Source: a virus. From it: DNA of 64,000 bases. This document shows positions 19,859-30,100 of the stretch, piece by piece. The notes beneath the pieces are model-generated. The model was given only the letters and a program-made list of their open reading frames with translations, had not been told where the DNA came from and made no database searches. The translations under genes were made by a program, and so were the position numbers. The first letter of the stretch is position 1. The number at the start of each line of letters is the position of its first letter. The stretch spans positions 32,218-96,217 of IMG/VR virus record IMGVR_UViG_3300048833_000111; one strand, written 5' to 3'.

Positions 19859-22168
19859 ATGAGAAACTTAAGAAGTACAATAAATAAAATATTAAAAGAC
19901 ATTAAATGTCTTAAATGTGCTGTAAAAGAGCTTATAGAAGGTGGAACTGGTGGTGATGGTATTCAGTCTATTCAAGAAGGAACTAATATAACTGTAGATA
20001 ACACAGACCCAAGCAGCCCAATAATAAATGCTATTACACCAACACTTCAACAAGTAACCACAGCGGGAAATACAAGTAATAAAGATATAGAACTCGCCTA
20101 TTCAGCCAACCAAAAAACGTCAATCAAGAGTTATGGAAATATAGACCTTCAATCATCAATCGGAAAAGCTGCATTAAACTCCCAAGGATTAACCATATAT
20201 CAAAATGCGTCATCTACTAATGCATATACTTTTAACTACTCGAAATTTAGTTTTAATACTTCGAGCGGTGCAGTAACGTATCACCTACCCACACAAGCAG
20301 ACTATAATAGTACATCTATTAATAATATTGCTATTGTAGGCAGGAAGCCTGTAAAAACAATAAGTACAGCAACATATAGTTTGGTTTACAATGACAGAAA
20401 TAACATTCTACTCTTCACACATCCCGCTGGTTGTACGATAACTGTATCATCTAGTGACTTGGCTAGTACAAGAACTAATAACCATTATTATGGATTACAG
20501 CTTGGCGGAAAATTAACTTTTACACCACAAGCAGGAATTACATTAACAGGTAGTACTGAAACATTGGGAGTTGGTTGTCGTTTTGAGATAAACTTTATTG
20601 CAAATGAAAATTTTCACATATCAGTAACTCCAACAAAAGAATGGGTTTTAGCTAATTCTAATATATCAGCAAATGATGTTAGAAGCTTTGGAGCAGTTGG
20701 AAATGGTGTTACAGATGATACAGTAGCTATACAAGCTGCTTTAGATTCAGCACATAAAGAAATTATATTTCCAGCAGGATTTACATTTTTAGTAGATGGT
20801 GGAGTAGAAGACAATGTTGGTTTTAGGACTATACATGCAAATGGTAGTACAATTAAATTAAAAGACAATGCTTCTGTTGATAAAGTAATACTTAGAGTAA
20901 ATGCTGATTTTACAACCATACTTGGTGGTACTTGGGATGGTAATAAAACTAATGGTAATGCTACTGGAGATACTTATAGTAATTCAGGTATTTCTTTATA
21001 TGCTGATAATTGTGTAGTAAGGGATGCTTGGTTAAAAGACTCTTCTGATATAGGTATTAAAGGAAATGGTAGTTATAATGAATGTATTAATAATAGAATA
21101 ACAGGAACTACTCACTATGGTATTTTCTTTGATGCAGATGACTCAACTATTTATGTAGGTAACAAAGCTTTATCCAATAAAATAGATATGTCTTCTGCTA
21201 CAGGTGAAGGACAAGGGATATTATTTACTTCTTCTGAATCAACAGGAGGAGACCAACAAGATTGGGAAATTTCTTATAATTATGTAATTGGAGATAATAG
21301 TCCAGGAGTATTAGACCAAGCTATCAACCTTAATTGTAGAGGAACTAATGGAAAAGTTATTGGAAACAATACTAAATATGGTTCTATGGGATGGTCAGAA
21401 GGTGGGGATGGTACTTTAATACAAGGTAATAATTTCCATGATTTAGCAGCTACAGGAATAGGGTATGGTATTGAACCTTCTGGTAAACAAATTATAATAG
21501 GTAACACTATTACAGGGGCTAAGACAGGTATTATTGTATCTGATTACTACTTTGATAAAGGTATTATATCTAATAATGTAATTCAAAGTACAGTAGCAGG
21601 AATTGAAATAGCTCCTTCTGTTGGTAAGTCTGCTAATTATGCAGTAATAATAGGAAATACAATTACATCCTATGACCCAATAGTACTTATTAGAGAAACA
21701 ATAGGAATGGCTATTAAAGGTAATACCTTAATGGGAACAAATAGTGCAAGAAGTGGTATTACTGCTGATAGTATAACACAACCTTGTTATTTAAATGTAG
21801 TAGGTAATACTTTCTATAATTTACATGCTCCTGTTAGATTATACGCTGGTTCAGCATTAGCTTATCAAAATGTATATGTAAGTGATACTACCACAATAGG
21901 AATGAACTTAGATAGAGCAACATCATTCTATTTAGATGGTTCAGCCACATTAGGTGCCAATTGTAAAATAGTAAATCATTCTGAAAGAAATGTAAATGTT
22001 TTAGATGCCCAAAATAACATAGTTGATTATACAGTAGGATGGTATTCAGACCCTAATGGAGATATTGCTGCGGGAGTAGGCTCTACTTACAAAGGAACAA
22101 GTGGAGGTGGTTACTATTTTAAACAGACAGGAACAGGTAATACAGGATGGGTTAAAATAGACCCTTAA
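19859..22168 (+). CDS. Tailspike with pectate-lyase-like beta-helix (putative depolymerase)
   Basis: DVRSFGAVGNGVTDDTVAIQAALD cap, many IxGNxI repeats, C-terminal KQTGTGNTGW. Confidence 0.85.
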   Translation: MRNLRSTINKILKDIKCLKCAVKELIEGGTGGDGIQSIQEGTNITVDNTDPSSPIINAITPTLQQVTTAGNTSNKDIELAYSANQKTSIKSYGNIDLQSSIGKAALNSQGLTIYQNASSTNAYTFNYSKFSFNTSSGAVTYHLPTQADYNSTSINNIAIVGRKPVKTISTATYSLVYNDRNNILLFTHPAGCTITVSSSDLASTRTNNHYYGLQLGGKLTFTPQAGITLTGSTETLGVGCRFEINFIANENFHISVTPTKEWVLANSNISANDVRSFGAVGNGVTDDTVAIQAALDSAHKEIIFPAGFTFLVDGGVEDNVGFRTIHANGSTIKLKDNASVDKVILRVNADFTTILGGTWDGNKTNGNATGDTYSNSGISLYADNCVVRDAWLKDSSDIGIKGNGSYNECINNRITGTTHYGIFFDADDSTIYVGNKALSNKIDMSSATGEGQGILFTSSESTGGDQQDWEISYNYVIGDNSPGVLDQAINLNCRGTNGKVIGNNTKYGSMGWSEGGDGTLIQGNNFHDLAATGIGYGIEPSGKQIIIGNTITGAKTGIIVSDYYFDKGIISNNVIQSTVAGIEIAPSVGKSANYAVIIGNTITSYDPIVLIRETIGMAIKGNTLMGTNSARSGITADSITQPCYLNVVGNTFYNLHAPVRLYAGSALAYQNVYVSDTTTIGMNLDRATSFYLDGSATLGANCKIVNHSERNVNVLDAQNNIVDYTVGWYSDPNGDIAAGVGSTYKGTSGGGYYFKQTGTGNTGWVKIDP

Positions 22169-22234
22169 TAAATCAAACATAATAATATTCATAAATTATG
22201 TATAAAAGACATTAACCCTCTTAAAATAAGAAAT

Positions 22235-22729
22235 ATGAAAATTTTAAAAGAAATAAATAAAAAGTTTAATATAATATTTCAAAGACTTAGAAATATTGAG
22301 AATACTACAACTGAAGTACCTACACCTAAAATATTAATCTATAGGAAATTTTTAACAGCTGAAGAAGTTAGAAGTGGTTATGTAGAGTTATTTTCAGCTC
22401 CAAATATATCCTCTTATATATTACCTAGAAGTTGTTACTTGAGATTTACTCCTTTTAGTACTCCTTATGATGCTACTGCAATAACTATAGCATACAACAA
22501 CCCCTCTCAAACTACAGCATTCACAGGACCAGATGATATACTTACAGGAGTTGCTAATATAGTTACACCACTTACAAATGTATTTACTGGTGAAATTAGA
22601 TTATCTGGAGGGAGTTCAGCTATTAGGGGAGCTGGACTTGTATATCAACATGATGGAGATGCAGGTATTGATGGAGATGGTAGAGTAGAAATCATAATAG
22701 AATATACTATAGAAAGTTCGCAGTTATAA
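22235..22729 (+). CDS. Short fibre/head-decoration-like protein
   Basis: N-terminal coiled coil, beta-rich C-domain ending GDGRVEIIIEY. Confidence 0.5.
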   Translation: MKILKEINKKFNIIFQRLRNIENTTTEVPTPKILIYRKFLTAEEVRSGYVELFSAPNISSYILPRSCYLRFTPFSTPYDATAITIAYNNPSQTTAFTGPDDILTGVANIVTPLTNVFTGEIRLSGGSSAIRGAGLVYQHDGDAGIDGDGRVEIIIEYTIESSQL

Positions 22730-22733
22730 TAAT

Positions 22734-22847
22734 ATGGAAGTACATCCAGTATATTATATAACAGTAGTTGTATTTATAATTATTGCAACTTTAGTAACAT
22801 TATATAGAATATTGAGAATTATGCCAAAATATATGTGTAGAAAATAA
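22734..22847 (+). CDS. 37-aa single-TM peptide upstream of holin
   Basis: MEVHPVYYITVVVFIIIATLVTLYRILRIMPKYMCRK*; TAATG overlap with holin. Confidence 0.5.
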   Translation: MEVHPVYYITVVVFIIIATLVTLYRILRIMPKYMCRK

Positions 22848-23218
22848 TGGAACAATTAATAGAACACCTAATACCCTATATTAAAAAATATGGTCCCCTT
22901 ATATTAGGAGGGGTATTAGGTGCTATAATACATAGATTAAGAACACAAATGTCCCTATTACAATTTATAGGGTCTGTAATAATATCTATGTTTGTAGCCC
23001 TTAGTGTAGGTATTGTATGCCAAGATTATTTTGAACTTAAAGATACTATTATATTCGTATTATGCGGAGCTTCAGGAGTATTTAGTAAAGCTATACTTGA
23101 TGAGATTGAAGAGATAATTAAAAGTGCATCAAGTATTGTTAAAGCTAGATATGGAAGGTCAGAGCAAATAGAGATAATACCAGGTACAGAGCCTGAGGGA
23201 AATTCTGAAAAATATTAA
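22847..23218 (+). CDS. Holin
   Basis: 123 aa, three TM segments, charged C-terminus. Confidence 0.7.
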   Translation: MEQLIEHLIPYIKKYGPLILGGVLGAIIHRLRTQMSLLQFIGSVIISMFVALSVGIVCQDYFELKDTIIFVLCGASGVFSKAILDEIEEIIKSASSIVKARYGRSEQIEIIPGTEPEGNSEKY

Positions 23219-23260
23219 ATTTTCGCTATATATAAATTAGGTTTTTAGGGATTTTTTTTG

Positions 23261-23268
23261 TAATTTTG
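23261..23268 (+). promoter_or_regulatory. Sigma-A -7 element
   Basis: TAATTTTG intergenic, upstream of 23292. Confidence 0.55.
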
Positions 23269-23291
23269 TACTTACAAAATTATATAATAAT

Positions 23292-24260
23292 ATGCAAAAT
23301 TTACAAAATTTATTTAGAGAAAATGAGTGGAATCTTATTCAGGACATTTTAACAAATGGAAAAACTGAAAGTTGGTATGAATTATCTACAAGATATAATA
23401 TTAAACCACAAGGCAGTTCAATACAAAGAAGAAAAGCTGCAAATGATATTTACAGAAAATATTTAAGAAAAATTAATAGTACTATTGAAGAATCAATACA
23501 ACCTAAAGTTTTAATATATGATATTGAAACTTCTAAAACAATATTTGAATTGTGGTGGAGTGGTAAACAATTTGTAAATGGTAATAGTTCATTAGAAGAT
23601 TCTAAAATAGTTACTATATCTTATAAGTGGTTAGGCTCAGATGAAGTGGGAGCAGTTAAATGGAGTAAGAAGAAATCTGATAAGAAGCTTATAAAAAAGT
23701 TTCTTAAGGTCTACAATCAAGCTGACATGGTTATAGGAATTAATAATGACAGATTTGATAATAAATATATAAATACAAGAGCAGCAAAGTATGGTCTAGA
23801 TGTAAACTTACATGTTAAGTCTTTAGATGTTCAAAGAGAATGTAGAAGATTATTTAGGTTACCTTCTTATTCTATGAAATATTTAGGAAGATATTTCCAA
23901 TTACCACAGCAAAAAATGAAAGTACATTTGGAAGATATCTGGGAAGATATAGCACATGGTACTCCAAAACAAGCTAAGAAGGCTATGAATCTTCTTATTG
24001 AATATAATGTAGTTGATATTCTTACTACAGAACAATTATATTTAAAATTAAAAAAATATTTAAAACACCCTATACATTTAGGAGTTTTAAAAGGGGAAGG
24101 TAAGATAACTTGCCCAGCTTGTGGAAGTAATAATGTTAAGGCTAAAAAGACAACTTGGACTTCAGCAGGTACAGTACAAATAATAATGGAATGTAAAGAG
24201 GATGGTCATACTTACAAAGTAAGTAATTCCACTTATCTAAAAGAATTTACAAATGGGTAA
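23292..24260 (+). CDS. RNase H-like (DnaQ/DEDD) 3'-5' exonuclease with C-terminal zinc ribbon
   Basis: YDIET, NNDRFD, YNVVD; CPAC...C..H. Confidence 0.8.
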   Translation: MQNLQNLFRENEWNLIQDILTNGKTESWYELSTRYNIKPQGSSIQRRKAANDIYRKYLRKINSTIEESIQPKVLIYDIETSKTIFELWWSGKQFVNGNSSLEDSKIVTISYKWLGSDEVGAVKWSKKKSDKKLIKKFLKVYNQADMVIGINNDRFDNKYINTRAAKYGLDVNLHVKSLDVQRECRRLFRLPSYSMKYLGRYFQLPQQKMKVHLEDIWEDIAHGTPKQAKKAMNLLIEYNVVDILTTEQLYLKLKKYLKHPIHLGVLKGEGKITCPACGSNNVKAKKTTWTSAGTVQIIMECKEDGHTYKVSNSTYLKEFTNG

Positions 24261-24993
24261 ACAAAGTATAATAGATAGGATGAAACCTTTACAGGAAATT
24301 ACTAATAGAAAACAGCAAATTCTAGACTTCTTTGGGAGTCTAGAATTTAATGCTAAAGAACATAGCTACAGTGTAGCTAATAAAAATATGAAGTCTGTAT
24401 CTTCAGTTATAAAAGATTTTACAGAACCTTTTGATGCTGATAAAGTAGCTGGATTTGTGGCTAGGAAAAGAGGTATTTCAAAAGAAGAAGTTTTACAGGA
24501 ATGGGAAAATAAAAGAATTGCAGCTTGTAGTAAAGGTAATAGGGTACATAGCTTTGGAGAGAATTTTACAGGTGAAACAACTCCTATAGATGGATATGAA
24601 AAAGCAGTATGTGCTTTCTGGGATTCAATTCCAAATCATATACAACCTTTTTTATTTGAACTTCAAATGTTTTCAGAAGAATTGGGAATTGCAGGTACAG
24701 CAGATATTATATTGTATAATACCAATACTGGTAAATTTGTAATAGCAGATTATAAGACTAATATAGATTTATTTAAAAACTATAGGGGTAAAAAAATGTT
24801 ACCACCTTTTGACCATATGTTAGATTGCCCATATAGTAAATATGAATTACAATTATCTTTTTATCAGTATTTATTTGAACAATCAGGTTTTGAGGTTGAA
24901 GATAGAAAAATAGTTTGGTTAAAAAATAATGGTACTTTCAAAGTGTATAGAACACAAAATTGGATACATGAAATTAAAAATGCACTACAATGA
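24253..24993 (+). CDS. PD-(D/E)XK exonuclease
   Basis: GNRVH, AGTADI, ADYKT, YELQLSFY. Confidence 0.85.
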   Translation: MGKQSIIDRMKPLQEITNRKQQILDFFGSLEFNAKEHSYSVANKNMKSVSSVIKDFTEPFDADKVAGFVARKRGISKEEVLQEWENKRIAACSKGNRVHSFGENFTGETTPIDGYEKAVCAFWDSIPNHIQPFLFELQMFSEELGIAGTADIILYNTNTGKFVIADYKTNIDLFKNYRGKKMLPPFDHMLDCPYSKYELQLSFYQYLFEQSGFEVEDRKIVWLKNNGTFKVYRTQNWIHEIKNALQ

Positions 24994-25691
24994 AAATAAA
25001 AAATCTTATAGATAGAGTACAGACCTTATATTCTAAAGGAGTAAAATCTGATGATTCTAGATTATCTAATAGATATATTTATAATAAGTTACTTTCTATA
25101 AGAGCTAAACTTATTGCACAACAGTATAAGAAGAAACAATCTGTTTCTCAATGGAACTATCAAACCCTTCCCTGTGTTAAACTTATTAAAGTTCCAGCAC
25201 ACCAATGTCCATGCTTACCACCTATAGGATGTAATATATTAAGAAGTGAGTATAGATTGCCAAAACCTATAATGGGATTTACTGATGAATTAATACAAAA
25301 TGTAACTTCAGTTGATAGGGTAATGAAAATTGATAGGGTAAATCTTAATGCAGTTAATTCACAGAAAGGTAATAAGTATACTTCTATGAAAACTAATTAT
25401 TTTGTACAAGATGGTTATCTGTATATTACTACTCCAGTTAATATAAAAGTAGTATCTTTGTCAGGTCTATTTGAAGACCCACTAGAAGCAGAAACTTTTA
25501 AAGGATACTGTGATGATTGTGTAGATTGTATGAAATGTATAGACTATTTAGAACAAGATTTTCCTATAGATAATGATATGATTGATAGCCTTATAGAACT
25601 TACTGTACAGGAAGTTGTTGTACTATTCTCTCAAAGTGCAGAAGATATAACTAATAATACTAGGGATAACTTAAAAGAACAAAGTAAATAA
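24990..25691 (+). CDS. Tail ring protein (crAss-like)
   Basis: DDSRLSNR..., GLFEDP, FPID; position before IHF-like and tail genes. Confidence 0.65.
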   Translation: MKIKNLIDRVQTLYSKGVKSDDSRLSNRYIYNKLLSIRAKLIAQQYKKKQSVSQWNYQTLPCVKLIKVPAHQCPCLPPIGCNILRSEYRLPKPIMGFTDELIQNVTSVDRVMKIDRVNLNAVNSQKGNKYTSMKTNYFVQDGYLYITTPVNIKVVSLSGLFEDPLEAETFKGYCDDCVDCMKCIDYLEQDFPIDNDMIDSLIELTVQEVVVLFSQSAEDITNNTRDNLKEQSK

Positions 25692-26158
25692 TGCCAAAGA
25701 AGTTTTATAATACAAGAGATAGTTACAAACTATATCTAAAAAGTACTGATACACCTATAGATATATCTATGTATTTATCTATTGTAAATGGTTTTATGAA
25801 ATTTCTAATTAAAAAGTTATTTAGTACAGGCAGTATAATGTTTCCTGAAAGATTGGGTAGCCTACAAATTGTAGGTAGAAAAGTGAAGGTAAGGATTGAA
25901 GATGGAGAAATAAAAGGGCTTGCCCCAGACTGGGCAAATACCAAAAAGCTTTGGGAAGAGAATGAACAAGCTAAAAAAGATAAACAGTTAGTATATCATT
26001 TCAATGAACATACAAATAGTGTAAGATATAGATTCTTCTGGAGTAAAGCTAGAGCTTTAGTAACCAATAAAACATTATACAACTTAAGAATGACTAGAAG
26101 TAATAAAAGAGAATTATCTAAGTTAATACAAGAAGGCAAAGAATATTTAATAAAATAA
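25691..26158 (+). CDS. IHF-like protein (crAss-type)
   Basis: FPERLGSLQI, DWANTKKLW, HFNEHT, YRFFW. Confidence 0.7.
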   Translation: MPKKFYNTRDSYKLYLKSTDTPIDISMYLSIVNGFMKFLIKKLFSTGSIMFPERLGSLQIVGRKVKVRIEDGEIKGLAPDWANTKKLWEENEQAKKDKQLVYHFNEHTNSVRYRFFWSKARALVTNKTLYNLRMTRSNKRELSKLIQEGKEYLIK

Positions 26159-26159
26159 G

Positions 26160-27104
26160 ATGGGAAAAAAATTTCAATATGTCACTTTAGATAGAATACT
26201 ATCTAAACTATATAGAGACCTAGGACTAGATGAAATCTCTGAAACAGATGTAATTGAGTGGACTGGAGAAGCTCTTAACTTTATGGAAACACCTAGCCTC
26301 TTAGAAGAGGCTGTTGCATTTATAGAGGTTTCTAATCATTCAGCTACCTTACCAAATGGTCTACAAGCTATTATACAAGTAGCTAGGAACAATAATTTTA
26401 TTAAGGATAATAGCTGTCCAGCTAATGTAGTATTAGATACTACAGAGGAAATAACAGAAGATACTACTTGTCCCAACATAAATAATATTCCTTTAATACT
26501 AGATTGCAAGGGTAGTCCAATAAGAGGATTTGAATTAGCTTACTATAGACCTTACTATGATTTACAATATGAATATTCAGGTTGGGGTAATAGTCATTAT
26601 TACAAATCTCAATTCACACCTATGAGGTTAGCAAATCATAGTTTCTTTAACACTTTAGTATGTCCAGAAGATAAACAGATATATACTGAAAGTTGTAGAG
26701 ATGAATATACTATTGCAGGAGACCAAATTAAAACATCTTTTAAGGATGGGCAAATTGCTATAGCTTATTATAGACAAATAGTAGATGAGGAAACAGGGTA
26801 TCCAATGATACCAGATGATTCTTCTTTTACTACAGCTATTACAATGTATATTACTATGAAGTATATGGCTAGAATGTGGTATATGGGAAGAGAGGGGTAT
26901 GCAGATAAAATGCAAAAAGCTGAAGCTGATTGGCAATGGTATTGTAAACAATCTACCAATAAAGCTTTTACATTATATGGATTGGATGAACATCAAAATA
27001 TGTTGGATAGTAGATACCAGATGATACCAAATTTTAATAAATATTATGGATTTTTTGGTAAATTAGGTACTACAGATAGAGGAATTAGTTTAAGAGGAAT
27101 ATAA
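26160..27104 (+). CDS. Tail tubular/ring protein
   Basis: IEWTGEAL...DEETGYPMIPD...WQWYC; precedes muzzle. Confidence 0.7.
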   Translation: MGKKFQYVTLDRILSKLYRDLGLDEISETDVIEWTGEALNFMETPSLLEEAVAFIEVSNHSATLPNGLQAIIQVARNNNFIKDNSCPANVVLDTTEEITEDTTCPNINNIPLILDCKGSPIRGFELAYYRPYYDLQYEYSGWGNSHYYKSQFTPMRLANHSFFNTLVCPEDKQIYTESCRDEYTIAGDQIKTSFKDGQIAIAYYRQIVDEETGYPMIPDDSSFTTAITMYITMKYMARMWYMGREGYADKMQKAEADWQWYCKQSTNKAFTLYGLDEHQNMLDSRYQMIPNFNKYYGFFGKLGTTDRGISLRGI

Positions 27105-27105
27105 T

Positions 27106-30100
27106 ATGCAAGGAGATAAATTACAAAGACCATATAAAGGTTTATATAAAGATACTTCTAAACAGGACCAACCTAAAGATACTTATTTATTTGCATTAAA
27201 TGCAGTTAATGAGACTGAAGTAGGGGATTCTAATCTTATAGGTAATGAAGAGAGTAATGCATTATGTGCAAATATAACTTCTGGATATATACCTCTAGGA
27301 AAGGTTTATATTGGCAATAATGAAACTGTAATATTATCAGTTTCTCAAGATGAAACTAGTTCTGAAATAGGTATATTAGATGGTAACTGTAAGTACAAAG
27401 TATATGTAAATGATAGTGATAGTACAGAAGAAGATAAACTTAATTTTAAAGTAAGTAATCAAATACAGGCTGTGTATAGATTAAGGAGAGGTTGTGAAAG
27501 AACAATTTATTTTACTGATGATTATAACAAACCTAGATACTTTAATTTTAATAATCCAAATAAATTTAAAAATAATGATGGTAGTTGGAATGCCAATTTA
27601 TTTGATTTACAAAAACAATATTCTAAAATACCTAACTTTCAAAGTGTTGAGATATTAGATTCTGGAGGTAATTTAGAACCTGGTGGATATAATATTGCTA
27701 TACAGTATGTAGATGATAGTTTAAATCCAACAGAATGGATAACAACATCTCCCCTAATAGAAATATATAATGACCTATCTTCTGAGGAATTTAGAAAAAT
27801 AAGTGGTAGTATTAATGGAGATGAGGACTTCTTTGCATACCCTAGAACCAGTAAAGCTATTAAAATAATATTATCTAATATAGATACAGATTTTGTTTTC
27901 TACAGATTAGCTTTTATAGAATCAAATAATGGGTCAGGACAAATAAGTGATGTAAAGTATTCAGATATAATACCTACATCAAAAAACTTCTTTATATATA
28001 CAGGAGATAATGCTATAAGTACAGGTACTACTCAAGAGATAGCAGCTTTCTCTGATATTATATATAAAGCACAAAGTATTGAACAGATAGAAAATAGATT
28101 ATTGTTAGGTAATACAGAAGGTAAGAAAGTAGATTTTTGTAAGTTACAACAATATGCATCTAGAATTAAAGCTGATTGTATTACAAAGACTGTTAATCTA
28201 ACAGATTTGGTAGACCCAGCTAACCCTAAAAATCCATCCCACCAATTTAATGGTATAGGTTATATGCCTGGTGAGATATATTCTTTTGGTATAGTTTATA
28301 TATTTGAGGACAATTCATTATCTCCAGTATTCCATATACCTGGAAAAAACCCTACAGTAGACCCAGAGGCTGTATTCTCTCCAGCAGAGAATGTATATCC
28401 TATGTCAAATAACAATCAAATAAGTACTACTTATATAGATAATGATACTTGTGGTAATAATAACTTCTGGGGTAAAGATGCACAAGGGGATTCTCTTACA
28501 GGTAAGCCTGTAAGACATCATAGATTTCCCTTAAGAAGTGATATAAATCTACCTTTGGTAACAGACCAAATAGGAGAAGAACAAACTGTAGATTATTACC
28601 AATTATTTTTAAGGATACAGGGAACACTTATAACTCCTGTTTCCTGTCCACCTGAAAACCCAGGTTGTGGAACTGATGTATCTAACTTTTTTGAAGTTAG
28701 GGTAAATTACAAAGTAGAAGGAGAAAGTTTTAGTTTTACTGAACTAGTAGACCCTGCTTTCTTTGCAGATGAATCAGGTACTTTTGAGCTGGATATACAG
28801 GAAAACTCACAATATCATTCTACTAATGTCTTTACAGATATTGAAATAGAGATATCTGATATTAATGGAACTTTCCATCCACTGGTAACAGTAGGGGGAG
28901 ATGCTGAATATAATAATGAGTTTGGGGATTATTTTGATGGTACAGCAGATTTTACAACATCAGTAGAGTTATTTGAAGCTACTGTACAAGATAGAACTTA
29001 TAGTACTGAGATATTAGGTATAAAATTTTCTGGTATTGAATTACCAGAATTAAATGAGTTGAACCAGGATAGAGGTAATAGAATAATTGGATACTATATA
29101 GTAAGAAATGAAAGAACTGAGTTTGATAAGACTATATTGGATTCAGCAGTTCTTACTCCTTCTACTATTTATAAGAATTATATATCACATGGGTTGCTAC
29201 AACCTGAAACTAATAATATATCAGATTCTGTATATGGTATAATACATCCAGAACATAAATTTAATGATAAAGAATATACCCAATATGATGAGATTATACA
29301 GCAAGGTAATTTTACATTAAGGGATAGAAAATATGGTAAAGTCTCTTTTAATGATGTTTTTGATGGTTCATCTTTAGATACAAGTAAACAAAAAGATACA
29401 GGAGATGATGGAAAACCAGCAGATGGTAAACCTAGAACTGATGGGTATGATGGATGGAGTTTAGAGATAATATCTAGAGATAATATTGTATCCTATGAAA
29501 GTAAATCAGAGTTTACTATAAGTAGAGCTAATATTGAAGAGAATTTTTATTTAGATGCTCTAGAGAGTAGAGCTATAAATGCTGAAGCAAATGATGTCTT
29601 TAATATTACTACTGATAATAAGATTGGTATAGTACAATTAAAAGAAGGTACAACAATACCTCAAAGTAGTAATTTACCTTATGTAGTATTTAGAAAAAAT
29701 AATTTAGAATCTTATTCAGATTTTAGAACTCTTCCTTATTATAAGGAAACAGTAAATCCTAAGTACTTCAGTGGAGGACCTAGTGGAGAGATATGTACAG
29801 TATTTAATGGAGATAGTTATGTATCTCCAATGAGATATGTAAACTCTGTATTCTGGGATAATAGAGTTGCTAAAAGAGCAGGAAAAACTAATGTTTGGAA
29901 ATATATTGTAGGGGCTATATTAATTGTAGTTGCTGTAGTATTAGCTTATTTTACTGTAGGTACTTCTCTAGCTCTTATTGGAGCTGCTGCTGCATTGATG
30001 GCAGCAGGTGGTGGAGTACTGCTTATTAGTGCTGGAGTAAAGCAGGATAACTGGAATAAGGTATATATGCAAGAATATGACAAAGGTCTTAGGGAGACAG

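Noticed and set aside
17153-22729. Diversity-generating retroelement or invertase shuffling of fibre genes
   Set aside because: No reverse transcriptase, recombinase or template/variable repeat pair seen in the window
24253-24993. Cas4/CRISPR adaptation gene
   Set aside because: No Fe-S Cys cluster, no array or other cas genes; generic PD-(D/E)XK exonuclease
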